NCBI GenBank assembly: GCA_965214775.1
Contig: OZ243974.1
Location: 704,001 to 768,000, forward strand
DNA length: 64,000 bases
Source: Nitrosopumilus sp.
Lineage (GTDB): Archaea > Thermoproteota > Nitrososphaeria > Nitrososphaerales > Nitrosopumilaceae
Reading direction: 5' to 3'
In this document: positions 59,642 to 64,000 of the stretch, one piece after another
Position numbering within the stretch: position 1 is the first letter of the stretch
Layout of the letters: each line of letters opens with the position of its first letter
Made by a program: the position numbers and the translations under genes
Notes under the pieces: generated by a model
Database searches by the model: none
What the model saw: only the letters and a program-made list of their open reading frames with translations
What the model was told of the DNA's origin: nothing

Positions 59642-60387
59642 TAGCTGATGATTATAGTACAGAGATAGCATCTCAGAGCATAGTTGAACTTCAGGAGTTA
59701 GCAAAATGGCAAAAAAAACATCAGGGGGAATGGACTACGATCATAGGCGGATGGGCAGTATGGACCTATTATCAAGAAGGTTTTGGTTCAAGAGACATCG
59801 ACATAGTACTTCCCCAGGATGCTGTAAAACAGGTTGAGATAACTGACACTTATTTTCCAGCACATAAAATAGAAAAAAAATTCGGAGATCCTTTTCAAGC
59901 AGAATATCACTATGGAAAAGACATCACTACTCCAAAAAGAAATGATGAAATTATTTTTGATTTGTTTTATCCAGAAAAACCACGATCAGACCACGATGGA
60001 TTGGGAGTCACAGTCGATTGGAAATGGATGTCTGAGTTTTCAAAAGAACAGCCAATTGGAAATGATGCCTTTGTTCAGGTGCCAGATCCAGAATTACTTT
60101 TACCTGTTAAAATGGTAGCAGCATTATCAAGAATTGAAGAATTACAAAGAACCGATAATCTAGAAAGAAAACGATCAAAAATTTGGAAGGACTACTATGA
60201 TGTAGCAATTTTGGCAAAACATGTCGATTTCAACCGAGAGCAGCTATTAGGGCATATGAGTAGGATTGGCTTTACACGGGATTTGGTCACTCGATTCTTA
60301 GATGGCTACATACCTAGGTCTGACACTTTGGAGCAGGCAGAAACCACGCTCATGACTGTAACTGACAAGATTCCCTCATTAGAATAG
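59632..60387 (+). CDS. Pol-beta-superfamily nucleotidyltransferase (AbiEii-like putative toxin)
   Basis: IIGGWAV, GSRDIDIV, LLPVK, KDYYD; overlaps the upstream gene by 10 bp. Confidence 0.8.
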   Translation: MDLIADDYSTEIASQSIVELQELAKWQKKHQGEWTTIIGGWAVWTYYQEGFGSRDIDIVLPQDAVKQVEITDTYFPAHKIEKKFGDPFQAEYHYGKDITTPKRNDEIIFDLFYPEKPRSDHDGLGVTVDWKWMSEFSKEQPIGNDAFVQVPDPELLLPVKMVAALSRIEELQRTDNLERKRSKIWKDYYDVAILAKHVDFNREQLLGHMSRIGFTRDLVTRFLDGYIPRSDTLEQAETTLMTVTDKIPSLE

Positions 60388-60496
60388 TCATTTTGACTAA
60401 ATTCCGGATTTTAATTGATTTTGGATTAAAAATCAAACTTTGTGATGAAAGATATGTTCGAATTCCAGCAAAACCCCGCTGAAAAAACTGACTATA

Positions 60497-60672
60497 TTGT
60501 GGGTAGTACGTGATCCTCACTAACAAAGACTTGGAAGAAATATGATCAAGCAAAAGAAGACATGAACGTCATGCTGATGAAGCAGTATTCTAAAAAAATA
60601 AAAAATTTACAGAAAAAATTAGGCCTGGAAGAATCAGAATTTGACGAGCTTTCTGAGTATTCTGACTCATAA
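60497..60672 (+). pseudogene. Small helical gene with internal TGA
   Basis: VGST*SSLTKTWKKYDQAK...KQYSKKIKNLQKKLGLEESEFDEL; TGA at 60511-60513. Confidence 0.45.
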
Positions 60673-60964
60673 TTCCATGGGTAGTTCTTCCTGAAGATTT
60701 TTCAGAATTTACACTCCAAGCATGTTGTCAAACAGGGATTGGTTGTAGCCCAATTCATCCCAGGCCGCCTCCACCTGTATGCCAATCTTTGTGGCACACT
60801 CCATCCGTATGGGATCACCTGCCCCCAGATTGTTTTGGCTACCTCAACTACGATGGACTTGCCCTGCAGCTTCCACGTCGACGTGCATTGTTGACCATCC
60901 ATGCCTGTTCATCCAGACCAAGCCGCCTTTGATCTGGCCGCTTATCTTGTCTTGCAGTATGATG

Positions 60965-61094
60965 GGGGTTGTTTCCTAATTCGCCAGAATTCCTGCAAAC
61001 CGCTGGGATGCCACATTGATCAGGCGTGTAAAGGGGCGAAAATTCAGAAAAACATACAGGCTGAGTCAGGCAGGTGGGATTAGGAAACAACCCC
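60965..61094 (+). mobile_element. MITE-like element, family C (130 bp, ~9-bp TSD)
   Basis: Perfect TIR GGGGTTGTTTCCTAAT...ATTAGGAAACAACCCC; flanks AGTATGATG / AGTACGATG. Confidence 0.88.
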
Positions 61095-61121
61095 AGTACG
61101 ATGTGGCACAGCGCCCGCCCT

Positions 61122-61209
61122 TGGTGCGCACAGTTGAAAATCGAACGCTTTTGTGTCAAAACATGCACGATGTGGCAAAATCATGATCTGTTTTTTGATG
61201 TGCGCACTA
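61122..61209 (-). mobile_element. MITE-like element, family B (diverged)
   Basis: TGGTGCGCACAGTTGAAA...TTTTTTGATGTGCGCACTA. Confidence 0.8.
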
Positions 61210-61254
61210 CTGCATTATTGTTGGTGGGCTTGACGCCCTCGTGCCCATCAGCCC

Positions 61255-61410
61255 GAGAGTTGATTCGAAATTAGCAGATTCATCATGGATGAACAAATTT
61301 ACATCAAATCAATTAAAATGCTTGCAAACGACGGATTATCTGTGACATTATTTAACAAATGTATAAAAAAATCCGGGCATCTGCTTGGTTTTTAATTTAG
61401 AACCGCCTCT
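61255..61410 (+). mobile_element. MITE-like element, family A (diverged)
   Basis: GAGAGTTGATTCGAAATTAGCAGATTC, internal TTATCTGTGA, degenerate right end TAATTTAGAACCGCCTCT. Confidence 0.7.
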
Positions 61411-62104
61411 TCTCAGGCCTTATCCGGCTAGATCCGCTTATCTTATTTTAAATAAGATTCTCATATCAAATATTATGACGGAGAAAAAATAGTGTTTTAG
61501 AAATGGCAAAATGCGTTTGTGGACATCATGAGAAAGACCATAGCAACAACAATGATGATGATGGTTCCAACAATGAATCAAGAAATCAAAGTAAGCAGAA
61601 TTCTGATTCCAAGCCTAAAACTAACTGCAGCAAATGTTTTTGTCCGAGGTTTAAGAAGTCACCCTTTTTCTAACCTTCAAGCACCGATTTTAAACCAGCC
61701 AAGAAACAAGGTTGTTGCCTGGCCCGATTTTCTTATTTGGTTTATTTTTAGAACGGCAATACGAAGATTCCCTTTATTGTCTTTTTTGGAATTGTCCTTT
61801 TTTCTCAGTTTTGTGGCACCGTTCAGAGGAGGGTGGCCGATTACAACAGGCATGATTCTGGAATAACCCAGGCGATTCCCGATTGGATAAGAAGCAATGA
61901 TACATGGCAGTCCCCCATGAAATGTACGGCAAGGAGTTTGCAACGGATCTGACACTCTTGATTGAATCAGGAGTGCCGGGGTACGAAATATTTCAAAAAA
62001 ACCACAATTTGCAAAAGATGGGGCAGATTTTGGCGATATGTTGCGGTGGCCAGCCTGTGCCTTGATAGATTTTTAATCAATCAACTTCCCTCATTTTGTA
62101 ACCT

Positions 62105-62686
62105 ATGATAGTCGTAATCGAAGGCGGAGACCAGGCAGGAAAGCTAACCCAGTCCACAATGCTTGAAAAAGCCTTGAAAAAAAGAAAAATCAAGACAAAA
62201 CTATTTCATTTTCCTGATTACGAAACCCCAATTGGAAAAGAGATCAGAAGATATCTTGATGGCAAACGAAAATTTCCACCACAGGTAATTCACTGTCTTT
62301 TGGCAGCCAATAGGTGGGAAAAATTGCATGAGATTGTCTCTGCTCAAGAAAAAAACTCTGTTTTAATCATGAACAGATACTATCATTCCAATCTTGTCTA
62401 TGGAATTGCAAACGGAATGAAACCAAAATGGCTTGAAAGTTTGGACGAGGGACTTCCAAAGGCAGATTTGGTTATTTTGCTTGATGTTTCCCAAAAAGAA
62501 TCGTTTCGAAGACAGAAAACCAACCGAGACAGGTTTGAAAAGAATGGGGAATTTTTGAGAAAAATTTCAAATATTTATCGCAAGGTTGCAAAGAAAAAAC
62601 GATGGAATGTTATCGATGCTGCAAAGACAAAAGACAAGGTTCATGAGGAAATTCTAAGAATATTCTACAGGAAAACAGGATTATGA
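62105..62686 (+). CDS. tmk: Thymidylate kinase
   Basis: IEGGDQAGK.TQ, FPDY.T.IG, ANRWE, NRYYHS. Confidence 0.94.
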   Translation: MIVVIEGGDQAGKLTQSTMLEKALKKRKIKTKLFHFPDYETPIGKEIRRYLDGKRKFPPQVIHCLLAANRWEKLHEIVSAQEKNSVLIMNRYYHSNLVYGIANGMKPKWLESLDEGLPKADLVILLDVSQKESFRRQKTNRDRFEKNGEFLRKISNIYRKVAKKKRWNVIDAAKTKDKVHEEILRIFYRKTGL

Positions 62687-63921
62687 AAAGAAGCTATCTT
62701 GACATAATTGATCCCATACATGATTTCATCAGGGTACGTGACTGTGAACTTCCCGTAATTGAAAGTCCAATTTTTCAGCGATTAAGAAGAATCAGACAGC
62801 TTTCAGTAGCGCATCTGACATATCCATCGGCACAGCACACAAGATTTGAACATTCGCTGGGAGTAATGCACATCGCAAGCCAGGCAGGCCTTGCCCTAAA
62901 TGAAAAAGGATATCTGAATTCGGATGATGTTCAAGTTCTGCGGCTATCAGCCCTGCTACACGACATTGGCCATGGGCCTTTTTCCCATATTTTTGAAGAA
63001 ATCATCCAAGGAAAAAAAGTTTCTCACGAAGATTATGGCAAAAAGATTATTCTGCAGTCCGATATCGGAGACATCCTATCCAGGACGGGATTTGACAAAA
63101 AGATTGTAGCAAAAATTTCATCTGGCGAATCCAAAGTCCAATACGTCAACGAAATTGTTTCAGGCGTGTTAAGCGCAGACATGATGGATTACCTTCTCAG
63201 AGACGGATACTTTACCGGGGCAGAACATGCCAGAATAGATCATAAAAGAATCACACAGTCATTTGATGTTCATAAGAAAAAATTGGCGCTAGAGCGCTCA
63301 GCAATTTACTCGTTTGAATCCATGATGCATTCAAGGTATCAAATGTTCAGGGCAGTGTATTTGCATAAAACTGTGAGAGCCGCCGAAGTAATGCTGCTTG
63401 AAGCCCTAAGGTCGTCTGATGATGAGTTTGGTTTTTCTGATTTTAATTTAGATGAACTTGTGAAACTTACTGATGAATACGTGCTGTCGTCTCTGATTTC
63501 TTCCAAATCATCAAAATTAAAACGTGCCAGGGAATTTGCGACAGATTATCAAAATCGCAGGCTGCTCAAATGCGTATATGAGAGAATTTTGTCTGGCAGT
63601 CCCAGCAATTTGAAAAATAATCGCATAGATGAAATTCGGGGCCAAATATCAAAAAAATCCAAAGTCAGTGAAAGTGAAATCTTTGTAGACGGTTCAGTTA
63701 CCCCTTCAATCCCGTTGGCACCTTCAAAAAACGAGTCAAAATCCATTCTTCTTGTAACCAATAAAAATGGCAGGCCCGAGGTTCAGGAAATGCCAATCTC
63801 CGAAATTCCCGTGGTTTCGGCAATTTCCGGGTTTATGAACATACTTCGGGTCTATACCCGTCAGAAAAATAGAAAAAAAGTTGAAATTGCCGCAAAATCG
63901 ATACTTGATGAGTTAAAGTGA
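62683..63921 (+). CDS. HD-domain phosphohydrolase (dNTP triphosphohydrolase-like)
   Basis: DPIH, FQRLRRIRQL, HTRFEHSLG, LLHDIGHGPFSH, DYLLRD. Confidence 0.92.
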   Translation: MKRSYLDIIDPIHDFIRVRDCELPVIESPIFQRLRRIRQLSVAHLTYPSAQHTRFEHSLGVMHIASQAGLALNEKGYLNSDDVQVLRLSALLHDIGHGPFSHIFEEIIQGKKVSHEDYGKKIILQSDIGDILSRTGFDKKIVAKISSGESKVQYVNEIVSGVLSADMMDYLLRDGYFTGAEHARIDHKRITQSFDVHKKKLALERSAIYSFESMMHSRYQMFRAVYLHKTVRAAEVMLLEALRSSDDEFGFSDFNLDELVKLTDEYVLSSLISSKSSKLKRAREFATDYQNRRLLKCVYERILSGSPSNLKNNRIDEIRGQISKKSKVSESEIFVDGSVTPSIPLAPSKNESKSILLVTNKNGRPEVQEMPISEIPVVSAISGFMNILRVYTRQKNRKKVEIAAKSILDELK

Positions 63922-64000
63922 AAAAACGAATCGTGATCAAGCTGTCTGGAAGGGTTTTTGGAATTGATAACGTCAAGGTTCTAAAGGACTATGCGCAATT
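63918..64000 (+). CDS. pyrH: UMP kinase, 5' part (truncated by window edge)
   Basis: GTG start overlapping the HD-gene stop; MKKRIVIKLSG motif. Confidence 0.75.
   Translation, partial: MKKRIVIKLSGRVFGIDNVKVLKDYAQ

Noticed and set aside
60702-60960. Short ORFs left of MITE C as a transposase remnant
   Set aside because: No recognisable motif in the frames I translated.

Overview
Archaeal chromosomal window with the gene content and order of a Nitrosopumilaceae ammonia-oxidising archaeon (Thaumarchaeota). Low-complexity insertions in core enzymes and many small mobile relics suggest a host-associated (e.g. sponge) lineage, which is inference. Most of it is housekeeping: S8 protease, ThiS-MoeB fusion plus thrC, his operon, HMG-CoA reductase, tRNA-iMet/tiaS/dph2, csl4/pheA, guaB/folP/mptE/guaA, thermosome, ade, rpl44e/rps27e, cobalamin genes, asd, Lrp, ctaB, ubiD-like, tmk, HD protein and the start of pyrH. 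The accessory content is the interesting part. At least four families of 80-135 bp MITE-like elements with terminal inverted repeats pile up at three hotspots, and one end supplies the C-terminus of HisI. There are IS481 and IS110 relics. An HNH nuclease gene is followed by a 38-36-38 bp repeat-spacer-repeat unit. One AbiE-type toxin-antitoxin pair is broken in both genes, and a second intact wHTH + nucleotidyltransferase pair sits behind an 18-bp palindrome. A degenerate tRNA-like element lies beside tRNA-iMet, and an Lrp gene appears to start at ACG. No cas genes or multi-repeat CRISPR array were found. Family assignments come from motif recognition, not database searches.
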